DNA from: Folioceros fuciformis
Taxonomy: Eukaryota
Direction: 5' to 3'
Assembly (NCBI GenBank): GCA_049999805.1
Contig: JBNGIO010004602.1
Span: 1-64,000 of the forward strand
DNA: 64,000 nucleotides
Of the stretch, positions 20,205 through 32,978 are shown piece after piece. The position numbers and the translations under genes were made by a program. A model generated the notes under the pieces. The model saw nothing but the letters and a program-made list of their open reading frames with translations. It was not told the DNA's origin and made no database searches. The first letter of the stretch is position 1, and each line of letters opens with the position of its first letter.

Positions 20205-23200
20205 ATGCGTGTCTTGAGGTGGATAGATGTTCTGGGAAGAGCGGGCGCTCACCTGACTGGCAGGACCAAACCGTCAGGCACCAGGTGCAGCGGTTTTGCG
20301 TGCCGGTCGCCTGACAGCCAGGTGTACAAGCCAACTTGGGTGGATTCTCCGGTGGCTTCTTTGGATATCCAGATGGGTTGTGCCGTCCCTGCATCAAACT
20401 GGAGCGCACTGGAGGATGGTGACCTTGCTATGCCTGCAGGCAACGAAAGAGTTGTTACGGCTGACACCGTGAGCGAGCTATGTGGTGAGGGGCGGCTCAC
20501 GGAGGCTGTTGAGGCTTTGGGAGTTCTGGTGCAGACGGACCGTTGGATTTCTACATCTCTGGTTTACACGGTCCTGAAGAAATGTGTAGTGAACAAGGCT
20601 CTTGTTCTGGGCCGCTGTGTACATGCCTGCACGGTGAAAACAGGGTATGAATCGGATACGTTCTTGTGCAACCACGTTCTGCGAATGTACGTTGCCCATG
20701 GCAGATTACGAGAAGCGATGGATGTGTTCACCATAGTTGCGGAACCAGATGCTTTCATGTGGTCTTCCATCATTTCTGCACATGTTCATCACGGTGAAGC
20801 CAGGGAAGCCATAGAACTGTATCATCGGATGCGGAAGTCAAGTGTGAAGCCAGATGGACATGTGTTTGTGGCCGCCCTGCAAGCCTGTTCGAGGGAAGCA
20901 GACTTGCAAGCGGGCAAGCAGGTGCACGGTGATGTGCTGGCCACTGGAGTAGAGCCTGATTTGTATGTTTGTAGCTCGTTGGTGGACATGTATGCCAAGT
21001 GTGGCAGCTTGGAAGACGCCAAGCACGTGTTTGACGGACTTGGTAAGAAAACTGTGGTGACATGGAATGCTATGATAGGAGGGTGCTCTCAGCAGGGCAT
21101 GTCCCAGGAAGCGTTTGATCTTTACAACGCCATGCGAGAAGAAGGCATGGCTGTGCCAGATTCTGTAACATTTGCGTGCCTCCTGCAAGCATGTGCAAAT
21201 CTGGGCCGCCCAGCCATAGGGAAAGGGCGGCAGCTTCACGCGCGCATAAGAGAATGTGGATATGTTGACGATGTGGTTGTAGCCAACAGTTTGGTGAACA
21301 TGTACGCAAAGTGTGGTAGCTTGGAAGATGCTCAACGAGTGTTCGACGGACTCGGGGAAAAAAGTGTGGTGACATGGAATGCTATGATAGGAGGGTATTC
21401 CCTGCAAGGCATGGGACTGGAAGCCCTTCGCCTTTACAGTGCTATGGAAGAGGAAGGCTTGGTTGAAGATTCCGTGACATATGTGATACTTCTGCGAGCA
21501 TGTACAAGTTTCAGCACCCCGTCTTTGGAGATGGGAAAGCGACTTCATGCACGAATTAGAGAAGCAGGAGTAAGCGCTGACGAGTTCGTAGCTAGCAGTT
21601 TGGTACACATGTATGCTGAGTGTGGGAGCCTAGAAGATGCTCGGGACGTGTTTGATGCACTCGGTACGAAAAATGTTGTGACATGGAGTTCCATGATAGC
21701 AGGATATTCCCGCCAGGGCATGGGCCAGGAAGCCCTGAATCTTTACAGGGCTATGCAAGAAGACGGCCTGGCAGCACCGGATTCTGTGACGTTTGTGTCC
21801 CTTCTACAGGCGTGTGTCTGTGTAGGCGCCTCGGCCTTGGAGATGGGGAAACACATTCATACACAAATCAGAAAACGAGAGCTTCAGACTCATTTGTTCG
21901 TGGCCAACAGCTTGGTGAACATGTATGCAAAGTGTGGCAGCTTGGAAGATGCTCAAAGCGTTTTTGACGGACTTCCCACAAAGGATGTGGTGACTTGGAA
22001 TGCCGTTATAGGAGGCTATTCCCAGCAGGGCATGGGCCGAGAAGCACTTCGTCTCTACGACAAAATGCGGAAAGAAGGCACAGTTACACCTGATGCTGTG
22101 ACATTTGTGTGTATGTTTCAGGCATGTGCAAGTATGGGCACCCCAGCTTTGGAGAAGGGCAAAGATCTTCATGCACAGATTAGAGAACAAGGGCTTCAGT
22201 GGGATGTGTCTGTAGCCAATAGCGTGGTAAACATGTATGCCAAGTGCGGAAGCCTGGATTGTGCTCAGGCCGTGTTTGACAGACTTCCTCAGAAAGATGT
22301 GGTGACGTGGAATGCCCTTATTGCAGGATACTCTCAGCAGGGGATGGGGCAAGATGCCCTCGGTCTTTACAGTGCTATGCAACGGGAAAGCATGGCCACA
22401 CCCAATGCTTTGACATTTGTGTCTCTCCTGCAGTCATGTGCAAATCTTGCAGCTCTACATCTAGGAAGGCAGCTTCACGTCCAGATTAAGCAGCAGGGCC
22501 TCCAGGCTGATGCGCTTGTAGCTGGCAGTTTAATGGACATGTATGGAAAGTGTGGTAGCATGGTTGATGCACAGCAAGTCTTTGGAGCCTTACCTCAAAG
22601 AGACACGGTGGCCTGGAATGCACTGATAGCGGGCCACAGTCGTCTAGGAGACAGCGAAGCGGTCTTCGATCTGCTTCGGAGAATGAGAGAAAATTGTGTA
22701 CAGCCAGACGGCATCACATTTCTTCATGTGCTCACCGTATGCAGTCATGCAGGTCTGGTTACTCAGGGCCGAGAGTACTTTGAGTCTATGAGCATTAACT
22801 ATGGCATCGCTCCCACCTCGGACCATTACACTTGTATGGTGGATCTCCTGGGTCGTGCAGGCCGACTGGACGAGGCACTAGCTTTAGGGACGATTGTGCC
22901 TGGAATGCACGATTGCGCAGTTTGGCACACACTTCTGGCTGCATGTCAAAAGTGGAACAATGTGGAGATGGGACGCCATGCTTTTGACCAAGCCGTGAAG
23001 CTAGACCAGGCAGATGCTGCAGCATACGTGTTGATGTCAAACATCTACACCGGTGCCCAGATGTGGGAACAGGCACAGGAGATGCAGACCCAGAGAAAAA
23101 GAATCGGAGCATGGAAGCAAGCGGGCCAAAGCTGGTGGACAGACGCAGAGGGACTGGTGCACAGTTTCACCGTTGGGCACACGATGAGAAGACCGCTCAA

Positions 23201-23285
23201 AGAAAAGGGCGGGGTAGTAGAAAGTGCCCAGCCAAATATCACCTTGTCCAAACAAAAAGCAGCCTCCGAAGATCGCCTCCTCTAA
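20205..23285 (+). CDS. PLS-class PPR protein 3 (about 24 repeats; WW box, DYW absent)
   Basis: Open frame 20160-23285, first ATG at 20205 (MRVLRW...). Six internal PLS triplets, P2L2S2, E1-E2, KQAGQSWWTDAEGLVHSFTVG, then an unrelated tail. Confidence 0.93.
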   Translation: MRVLRWIDVLGRAGAHLTGRTKPSGTRCSGFACRSPDSQVYKPTWVDSPVASLDIQMGCAVPASNWSALEDGDLAMPAGNERVVTADTVSELCGEGRLTEAVEALGVLVQTDRWISTSLVYTVLKKCVVNKALVLGRCVHACTVKTGYESDTFLCNHVLRMYVAHGRLREAMDVFTIVAEPDAFMWSSIISAHVHHGEAREAIELYHRMRKSSVKPDGHVFVAALQACSREADLQAGKQVHGDVLATGVEPDLYVCSSLVDMYAKCGSLEDAKHVFDGLGKKTVVTWNAMIGGCSQQGMSQEAFDLYNAMREEGMAVPDSVTFACLLQACANLGRPAIGKGRQLHARIRECGYVDDVVVANSLVNMYAKCGSLEDAQRVFDGLGEKSVVTWNAMIGGYSLQGMGLEALRLYSAMEEEGLVEDSVTYVILLRACTSFSTPSLEMGKRLHARIREAGVSADEFVASSLVHMYAECGSLEDARDVFDALGTKNVVTWSSMIAGYSRQGMGQEALNLYRAMQEDGLAAPDSVTFVSLLQACVCVGASALEMGKHIHTQIRKRELQTHLFVANSLVNMYAKCGSLEDAQSVFDGLPTKDVVTWNAVIGGYSQQGMGREALRLYDKMRKEGTVTPDAVTFVCMFQACASMGTPALEKGKDLHAQIREQGLQWDVSVANSVVNMYAKCGSLDCAQAVFDRLPQKDVVTWNALIAGYSQQGMGQDALGLYSAMQRESMATPNALTFVSLLQSCANLAALHLGRQLHVQIKQQGLQADALVAGSLMDMYGKCGSMVDAQQVFGALPQRDTVAWNALIAGHSRLGDSEAVFDLLRRMRENCVQPDGITFLHVLTVCSHAGLVTQGREYFESMSINYGIAPTSDHYTCMVDLLGRAGRLDEALALGTIVPGMHDCAVWHTLLAACQKWNNVEMGRHAFDQAVKLDQADAAAYVLMSNIYTGAQMWEQAQEMQTQRKRIGAWKQAGQSWWTDAEGLVHSFTVGHTMRRPLKEKGGVVESAQPNITLSKQKAASEDRLL

Positions 23286-23760
23286 AGATGGACGTAGTCC
23301 TGAATGTTCTGCGAAATGGAAGTCCTCGATCTGGCAGAAAGGTCACGAAGAATCATGATGTCTCCTTGAAAACAAGCGCCACTGGTTGCAAGATTTTGCA
23401 AGTCCGACCCAATGGAACAGGCACAGGAGATGCAGACCCAGAGAAAAAGAATCGGAGCATGGAAGCAAGCGGGCCAAAGCTGGTGGACAGACGCAGAGGG
23501 ACTGTCGCACAGTTTCGCCGTTGGGCACACGATGAGAAGACCGCTCAAAGAAAAGGGCGGGGTAGTAGAAAGTGCCCAGCCAAATATCACCGTGTCCAAA
23601 CAAAAAGCAGCCTCCGAAGATCGCCTCCTCTAAAGATGGACGTAGTCCTGAATGTTCTGCGAAATGGAAGTCCTCGATCTGGCAGAAAGGACACGAAGAA
23701 TCATGATGTCTCCTTCAAACGAGCGCCACTGGTTGCAAGATTTTGCAAGTCCGACCCAAT
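23066..23760. repeat. 348-bp near-identical tandem duplication of the PPR3 3' end
   Basis: aggcacaggagatgcagacc at 23071 and 23419. Both copies end ...aagtccgacccaat. They differ by a few SNPs and one indel. Confidence 0.95.
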
Positions 23761-24811
23761 AAAAGGCACATCTCTTCAGATGCCCTTCAACGGGGTCCAG
23801 GCAAACGTATCCACTTTAGCAGAACGTAACCTAGATCTCGCCTCATAGCTTGCATCCTATTGTAAGCCCTCTCAACTCCTTCCCTAGAGCATTGAAGGCA
23901 CCACGGTCCATAACGATCCATCAAGGGGAGCCTGACGTAGGTGCTCCAAGGGAAGGGCGGGAGATAAGTAAGGCGGACATCATCTTGTACGTGCCTTGGA
24001 AGGCGTGGAAAAAATTCATGGTCCGAGAAGGCCGAGGCGAGGAGTTGATCACCCTCCTTGCACAATGATTGCCAAGACTAAAGCAGGAGCCCATGAGCTG
24101 CATTCAAACCCGGAAGGGCAGCATTGAGACAAGTAGATGTGCAAGTCGTAGTTAGAGCTCCCGAGTAGTTAGCTCCAAAACCCTTATGAATCGAAGCAAT
24201 ATGGCTCTTCGCCCCTTGAGGCTTTAAAAATTTTCCCTTGGTTACAAAAGCTATCCTAACGCTTACCACGGGGTAAGGAGTACCGCTACGTCATTGTATC
24301 TCTGCGCGGATCAAAATATCTTTGGTTTCCCTTGCTTGTGGAAGAAGGGAGCTTCAGCAGTGGAGAGGCGAGGTCGGGTCTTCACCGAAGAAAACGTTGC
24401 TGCCTGTGGGGAATTCAGTCTAACCAAGCTGCGCATCCAGGCGAAGGTAGGGTTTCACTTAGTGGATACAGCAATCTTTCTTCATCCGCACCGTTGTCAG
24501 GTGAGGCAGTGGCTCTGGCTCTGGAAGGAGGCTGCAGCTCTGCTCGGAGCTTCTTGCAATTGCGTTCTCAGAGTCGACATGGTTAGGGTCATTTCACGAG
24601 AGTTGAAGTTGGTGTGTTGCTTGGAATCCGTGACGGTGTAGCTCCAAAGTAGCTGTTTGTGGGTGACAATCTGAGACGGGAGCTGCGAAGAGGTGTCAGG
24701 AGAACGGGGAGGTGGGGGGATGCGAGTGGCAGGGTTGGTGTAGGTTGTGCTCCTCTTGGTGTTGTGACTTTATTCTAAGTGTGGTCTGTTTGGTGTTCGC
24801 AGCTTGCAGGA

Positions 24812-25834
24812 ATGGCGTTGTTGCAAAGCAAAGCAATTGCTCAGCCCTTCTCCATCTCCACGGCGGGGAGTCGATCACATTCAAGTCCCGGCACAGCAGT
24901 CTGTGCGGTTGCACGGGGTTGGAACAGCGGTTTTCCCATCCGAAGCCATGAGGGCAATGGTCTCCTGCTGCAGCAAGAGTGGGAGAGCGGGGTTGGAACA
25001 TATGCCATGAACACGGCTGTGGAGGGATTTGGCGTGCCTGGTAAGTCTCTGCCTTTGCGTTGCTTCCAGTGCAGGCTCGGGATTCCATCTGAGAAACGTG
25101 AGCTGCCTGCAGACAATGAGGATGAGGCCCCTGAATCTTCCCCAGAGACGGAACCCGTGGAGGGTTTGATCCTCTCATTAGCCGCACCCCAGAGGTTCGA
25201 GACCTTGTCCAAGGTGAGGTGCGGATGCTGTCTTCCTTTCTGCACACCTGGCCTGCGTCATCGAATGTGCTGACTCTGGATTGCCTGCGTGGGTGGTGCC
25301 GGACATCCAGGATGCAGCAATGGGTTTGGTTCTGCACGCAGCTGCTGGCAAGGGGTGGACAACAGGATCTGGTTTGGAAGGCCCAGCTGTTCCTGACAGT
25401 GCTCAATCGAAGGGGGGCGATCGCGAAGACAACCAGTGGCCTTCGCTGAGCAGATCCCCTCGCCGTCGTATGCGTGTTGCCTTCACATGTAACGTTTGCG
25501 GCCACCGAACTACCCGTGCCATCAACCCTCACGCCTACACCGATGGCACAGTTTTCGTCCAGGTCCAGACTACTTTGTCTCTTCTTCGAGAACCACCCAA
25601 TTCAATTGTCCTCTTCCATCGTTTCTCTGTTTGCCGATCCATCACGCTCTCTTGCCTGCCGTTTTGCAGTGTGGTGGCTGCAACGTGTTCCACAAGCTCG
25701 TGGACAACCTCAACCTCTTCCACGAACTGCAGGGTAGGGTTTTTGGAGGCTACCAGGAGCCTGGCTTCGCATACCACGAGTCCTACGACTACCTCGCAAG
25801 TTCGACCATCACCTGGGATGAGAACCACCAGTGA
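24812..25834 (+). CDS. zf-DNL (Zim17/Hep1-type zinc ribbon) Hsp70 escort-like protein, 3 exons, probably organelle-targeted
   Basis: Exons ~24812-25213, 25311-25562, 25670-25834: RRRMRVAFTCNVCGHRTTRAINPHAYTDGTVFVQ|CGGCNVFHKLVDNLNLF. Ser-rich N-terminus. Confidence 0.9.
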
Positions 25835-28033
25835 CCCAGACTCCCACATCTCTCGTAGCTGCAGGCCTTATGCAGTCCTGCCTTCCTCCCATGTATGCAT
25901 GATTGATGCCAGTGTACATAAGCCATGAATGTTTCATCATCAGGTCGGTTAGACTTCCCAATCCCTCACCCTGCAAGCCCAGTTCGTACATAGGTTCCGG
26001 TAACTGTAAGGTGCAGGTGGTGAGCACAGCAGGAGGTATCTCAGGTAGGCACATGTCGGGCTTCCTTCGTACACCTCGGGCTATTTGATCAGCTCTTACT
26101 CGATTCCACACACTTCTCGCCTTCTTTCGCAGAGTGAATGCCCAACCTGGAACAGAGTAATTGCAGAAGATGGAGCGCAGTGACTGCAAGTGATGAAGCT
26201 CGGCCAGAAGAAGGTGAAACCGTGAAGGTGGGCCAGCAGCGTAGGCCCCACCCTGCACTGTACTGGGATGCTGTCACACGTCTGTGCACTGTACTCCGTG
26301 CCATGGAACATGGGGCAGATTGTGAGAGAGCTGTTGGCTGTTGTTGGTGAGTCTCCAGACGACCAGTAGTACTCTGACTCGCACTCCAGGAGTCCCAGTC
26401 GCGCTGGACCTACAACTACCTTGCTCATTTATCCCATATCGCCTCCTCTGTCTTACTTCCTCTAGCGTAAAACACTCTCAGCAGCTAACGTTGGCTATAC
26501 GGTTTCTTTCTTTGTCTAATTCAAGATTGGACGTCGTTTCTCTTGATGGACTGTTACCGGTTACTTTACTTTACGTTATGGTAAACGGCCAACCCCTACC
26601 TTGCAATGTTGAAGTCCTGGGACATTACCCTCGGACTTAACCGGGCCGTAGAGGATGGGGCCTAATTTAGGGTTCAGAGGAAAGCACTCGTCCGACACGT
26701 TATGGATGGGGCTCTGGCGGCAGGAGATGTCAGCTGAAGTTGTCCGGGCGCTTGGCAGGTCTCTCCCCTTCTTTCCACTGCAAAAGTCTCACCAGGGGCG
26801 GTGAGTGGGCAGAGGGCATGACCCACCATGGCCCCATGCGGTGTGGTTGTGCCATAGTTGTGTGTGATCTGGGAGGCCTGTTTCGCTCGTTCCCGCGCAT
26901 TACGGTGCAACTGGCAAGCGAACAGGCCAGGATGGGGGGCACAGTGTTGGCACCCGCCTCGCCGGCAGTGATGCCAGCACGTTGTGCCTGCTGTTGAGGG
27001 GCCCGGCCCGTCTGCCATGGCTGCGACGTGAGCAGCCAGCCAGCCCAGCCACAGCCGCTGCCGCTGCCTCTGCCTAAGGAGAAGGCTTGAGAGGAGGAAG
27101 AGTCCAGGATTGATGTCCTCCTGCTGCCCTGCCCCCTCCAGAGGCAGGCGCCGCAGCATCAACCGAGAGCATCGTCACATCCGCATCGCATCGGAGCACT
27201 CCTAGATTGCGGAGATGGCCACCACGTCCACAGAAAGCTAGAGCGAGAGAGAGGCGAGGTCATGACAGCCGGCGAGCGTTCGCACAGGCAGCAGCTTGTG
27301 TATATGGCCCCGAGCCGAGACGCTGCTTCTGGCCTCTGGCCCCCCCGAGCAGCTGCATCTCCGTCTCCCTGCCTGCGCGTCTGACGGATCCGGGGGACGG
27401 CAGAACGTGCCGGCCGGCTGTGGCGTGGAATCAAGCTGTGCAATCGGCGAGGGCTCGCGCGCAGGTCACATACGCACAGCTAGCTGCCTGCACGGGCTCC
27501 CTGCCTTGTCTGCTGTTTTCTCCTCTGCCCGATTTGCGCCATCGGGATGGGAGATGAGGCAATTCAGTTGCTGTCCCGGCCAAGTGTCGCATCGCATGGC
27601 ATTGTACTGCATTGAGTTGTGCTGCATTCCGCTCGCAATTTCGTGTGAGCCTGCTTGCTGCCTGGGATTCTGTGCCGCATTTCCGGACTGGGAGCTGAGG
27701 CAAATGTCGGCGGGGTGCTGTGAATGTGCGCAGTCCAGGGGTCGGGGGGTGCTAGGTATGGCACATTGTGGGCTCTGGGATCGGAGGTAGATCTCGGGAC
27801 GAGCATGGAGTGAGGACCAGCCGCACGGGCTTGGGATTTTCCAGAGACATTGTAGCAGGGCGTGGCCGGCGATCGGAGAGCTGGCTGCTGTACAGTTGGG
27901 TTGGTAGTTCAGGCGACGCGTGTGCGGAGACTGGGGCGATCTGCCCTGGAGCTGGGGAGTAAGCAAAGGCAGGTCTCCGGGCCGCAGGATTTGTGGAAAA
28001 GGGAATGAAGTGAATTCTTGTGTGCTGGCTGCC

Positions 28034-31000
28034 ATGGAGTCCAGAATGGAGCAGTATGAAATAATGGAGCAAGTGGGGCGGGGCGCATTTGGCTCTGCCA
28101 TCCTTGTCAACCACAAAATTGAAAAGAAGAAGTGAGATCAGGACCCTTTTACCCTCTTATGTGAAGCAGAAATGTTGGTGTAGGTAGCATATCTGCATCA
28201 TCGGCTAGGCATATTCGGATGTTGTAGGAATCCCGTTCTGTGTGTGTCGGTCACAGCCCTTCCACCTTCCCGACCCGGTCAGATCCCCACCCAGCATGTC
28301 TTGCCTTTCCTGGTCTGTGATTTGGTCTCGTAGGTCTGGGATTGTGGCTCCTGCTCAGGTGACCCTGCCTGTGTCATTTTCTTCCTCTTTGTCGCGTGTC
28401 CAGTTAGAGAATGCCTGATGAAGAAAAGCTGTAGAGGTAAGGTGTGCACCCCTTCTGTGACATGGAAGGGACCCTGTGAGCTCACTGCCCGCTGCAGTCC
28501 ACCCCACCTCTTCTTTCATGCAAAAATTTGTGTGGATCATGATATGGACTTCGATCCATATCATGATATGGGTCCTGGTTCGGATCATGATACGGCCTAC
28601 ATCTCTTCTGTATAAACTTGCCTTAGCAACTGTCTGGAGACTGTGGACACACAAAGGACATAGCAGGTTAGAAAGCATAATTCAAGCCATCCTCGACCTA
28701 GCAAGAGGATCCAATTTTGCCCTCTTCAGTTGTGGGCTTTCTTACCCCTTGCTTTTTTGTCGGGTGTTTTCTGCCGCCTGCAGATATGTGCTCAAGAAGA
28801 TTCGTCTGGCTCGCCAGACTGATAGATGCAGGAGGTCAGCTCACCAAGAGGTAGTGGGAAGCATATCATCCTGGGCTCGTGACTGTGATTCGATGAGGCT
28901 CGCAGCAGGAGGAGACCAGTCTCACTCATTCCAGCCTTTCGTATTGCAGATGGCCCTTGTTTCACGAGTCCAACACCCTTTCATTGTGGAGTACAAGGAA
29001 TCTTGGGTGGAGAAGGTGCAGTCTCGGATGGAGTTGTTGGCTTTCCTAATCTCTAGTCTTGGGGTGCTGACTGTGTGTTTCTCTGGCAGGGGTGCTATGT
29101 GTGCATTGTCACCGGGTACTGTGAAGGCGGTGACATGTAAGTTGCTCTTCTGGATGCATTTCCTGGAAACCTTCAGCTGACAGGAGGCAACTGAGTGATG
29201 TAAAGAGCTCACGTTCGTGTGCTTTATAACCACAGGGCCGAGCTGGTCAGGAAGTCGAGCGGCATTTTCTTTCCTGAAGAGGTTAAAAGCCTGTATGCCT
29301 GTTGCTTCCTGCCCCCCTTTCCATCTCTCTCCCAACGTTCCACTTGCATCCGCCACACGATTCCTGCACGCTAATCTAATCAGCTCTCTTCCTCTACCAG
29401 CGTCTATGCAAGTGGTTTGCCCAGCTCTTACTTGCCGTGGACTACTTGCACTCAAATCATGTTCTGCATCGGGACCTGAAGGTATGTCCCTTTCGTTGTC
29501 GTCTCCCTGGATTGCAGCTGTTGGTCATGGCATCCTCCTAGCCATTCGTAGCATGCTGTTAACACGTCCTTGTATTTCTCAGTGTTCCAACATCTTTCTG
29601 ACGAAAGAGCACGATATACGTCTTGGTGATTTTGGTTTGGCGAAATTGCTCAAGCAGGATGACCTGGCTTCATCGGTAACCGATTTCCTGACACTCTTGA
29701 GTTCACTGCTCGCTATGTTCTATAGCCCTTTGAATTGCACAATCTTGTTGGCCTCAGTTTTGTTACTTCATCGCAGGTGGTGGGAACCCCCAATTATATG
29801 TGTCCTGAACTCCTTGCGGATATTCCTTACGGCTTCAAATCGGACATCTGGTCTCTAGGTGAACGTCTTTCCTTCTTTCCCGTGCCTGGTAGTCATCATG
29901 TGCAGAATGAACGCAGCAGCCTTAACTAACCCGGTCAAATTCGTTATGCTCGTGCAGGCTGTTGTATGTATGAAATCACAGCCCATAGGCCAGCCTTCAA
30001 AGCATTCGTAAGTGGATTGCTTGCTTGCCTTGATGAAGCAAGAGTATCTGCATTCCTTCGTACTGGGTGGTTGTTCGGTGACGACTCACTTCGTATCCTT
30101 TCTCTGGCGCGGCGCAGGACATGCAAGGGCTTATAAGCAAGATCAATAAGTCCACCATCGGCCCGCTCCCGAGCAACTACAGTAGTGCATTGTGAGTCCT
30201 CTTCCTTGTGCTCCAGTCTGAAAAAAATAAGCCAGGCTTGCTTCTGTGTGGACCGCCTTCTTACTCGAGACGGTTATGCTACCCACATGCAGGAAAGGCG
30301 TGATACGGAGTATGCTGAGAAAGAATCCTGAGCATCGGCCGACTGTAAGCTACTACTACTGTTCGAAGTTTCCGGGTTACGTGAAAGGTTGCAGGTGAAG
30401 TCTACAAGAGAGACGAGGACTGACCACATTATTGTGTCCAGGCTGGAGAACTGCTCAGGCACCCTCACCTGCAGCCCTTTGTGCTCCAGTGCCAAATTCA
30501 GTCGGGAATGGTATGTCCCTCACCCGAACGCGTGTTTGCAAAGATACGCGTGCCACATCAGGACAGCCCCTGCAGCAGCCCCGTCAGCAGCGACGGGGAA
30601 AGTTTCACGACCAGCGTGAACAGCCCGAGCCATTTCGAGTTTGGCATTCCCAGTCGTCCTGCACGGACAGAAGATTGTCTGGAGAGAACCATCGAAGATG
30701 AGATGTGGAACTTCGACAACCAGGGCAGGAAGGCCAACCTGTCCAGATCCTCCAGCAATGGTCATCTCCCTGCTACAAGTGCACGCCTGGAGGAACTGGA
30801 CACCCCACCCCTTGCGTGGGCTGATGACGAGGAGCAGGTGTTGATGGATCTTCTTAGAGACGAGAACGATTTAGCAGCAGCAAGAGATCGGCATCAAGAC
30901 GAGAAGGTGAGATCGAGAAAGTCTCCAGCAAAGTTACATCGAGTCAGGTCCTCGGGGAGCCCGAAAACTCCCCACTTGGATAGCCAGAAACCCAGTGCTG

Positions 31001-32524
31001 TCAGAACCAGGGTGGACAGCGCGAGGAAATCCGTTCCTCCACCTCTGCACATCAGATACCCGGTGAGTGTCCTGCCCCTCCACCATCCATATCTTCGCCT
31101 TTTCTGTTTTGTCTTTCACGTGATTTTGACCCGTGTCCCTTCCTCTCTGTCAATTTCCGTTTTTTCCACAGCTTCCAGTTGAAGACACCTCTCCCAGACC
31201 CACCAGATCCAAAACGGAGCTGCCCCCTCCTGCGATATCAAATCGCTCGGGCTCAGATGAGAGGAAGCATAAGACTAGATCCAATGCCGGCACCTCCAGC
31301 GCCCCTCGCCGAGCTTCGCTTCCTCTTCCATCCAAGCCCAGCCACCTCAAGAGAAGCTCGTCACCGACAGGAGAGCGCCCAGCAGGAGGACGCCAATCCT
31401 TAAGCAATGCCAGCCCAAAGACCAGGATTCCAGCTCCAAGCATCAGTCTGGGAGACCACGCTGCAACAGCCCGATCTTCAGAGCAGACCAGGTCCCCTCT
31501 TGGATCCAGATCTAACTCCACGGGATTGAGGTCGTATGCAGCTCCAGAATCAAGAGTGATCCCGGAAGACATCGCCCCCGTGCCTCTCCCGCACCTTCCA
31601 CCCAAGCAAGAGCACGACGCCAACATGCACGAAGGCGCCCCTCTAGCAAGGCTCAGAGATCAGTCTCCCGACGTGTCTGTGAACGCACCTCGCCTGGATC
31701 TGATCCCAGAGTTCACCCTGAACGGGCAGATCGATGAGACGTTCCCTCAGCACCGAAGACCCGGCATGTACAGCCAGAGGGAGCCGGGAAGAGGAAGCCG
31801 GCAAGCCTCAACGGCGGAAGCGTCTGCGTCTTCCACTCCGGCGTTCAGGAAGGATGTGGATGCTCTGAGGAGGCAGGACATGGTGCCAATGCAGGGACCC
31901 GTGATGTCCTCTCTCCCGGCCCCCCCCAAGCTGCCATCAACGCACGACGCCGAGGGGGAAGGAGGCGACAGGTCCCAGGAGAAAGCAACGATCCAGATCA
32001 ACGACAAGGTGGAGAAGGCGGCGCCGACCCCGGTCCGCGCAGCTTACAACGATGTGATCCACGTCATCCGACACAGCACGTTCCGGCTTGGATCTACCCA
32101 TACCGAGCCGGAGCAGGTGGTGAATGATCTGGATCTGCGACAGAAAGTGGATATCGGGTCGTTGCTGGACATGCAGCCGACTGCGGATGTCGATGTTCTC
32201 TCCGTTTCCAACAACAGCAGCAGCACCATCAGCCATCCGCAGTCGAGCCATGCAGCCGCCGCGCCCAGCAAGGAGATCGTGGATCCTGGGCCTGGGCGGG
32301 GAGGTTCGCAGGGAGTCGATGTCACTTCTTTCAGGCAGCGGGCGGACGCGCTAGAGGGATTGCTGGAGCTCAGCGCGCAGCTGCTGTCGCAGCATCGCCT
32401 GGAGGAGCTCGCTATCGTGTTGAAGCCCTTCGGCCGAGGGAAGGTGTCTCCCAGAGAGACAGCAATCTGGCTCACCAAGAGCTTGAAGGGAATGCTGGGG
32501 GAAGACCCTGCCATGTCCAAGTGA
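28034..32524 (+). CDS. NEK: NIMA-related serine/threonine kinase (plant NEK), multi-exon
   Basis: [86 protein letters not shown], and the plant NEK C-terminal motif [17 protein letters not shown]...[10 protein letters not shown]. Confidence 0.95.
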
Positions 32525-32978
32525 CGGAGGCTTAGAATGTGCAGCTCTGGTTTTTTTCCCAATAAAGGGAGCATGCGGCTCGCATTCCCCAGTGCCCTCA
32601 TGGTTTGTATACATTTTTTTTTCACATTCGTAGGACGAGGTGTAGTTGGTACGTCTATCAGGCTTGATGTCCGGGTTCTTTCAGGCTTGATGTCCAAGTT
32701 CTTTCAGGCTCGATGTCGAAGTTCCTGCCTGTACATAAAATTAAACAAACGAGGAAATTGACAACTTCCACCAAGTCCTACAAAATTGGAGTCGCAGTGG
32801 GAGCCTTGATCTACCATCTGTGTGCAACATTAGGGACATTTCCATGCCCCGCTAGGTTACATACAGTCTCAGCACCCCCTTCTCCCGAAACCTCGAAGTC
32901 ACTTCTGGAGAGGTTGCTCACTCGTGAAACTGCAACGGCAGACAGGAGATCGAGAGCAAAAATTAGAAACTGCGGCAC

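Noticed and set aside
23063-23848. 261-aa ORF with an internal repeat
   Set aside because: An alternative-frame consequence of the 348-bp duplication.
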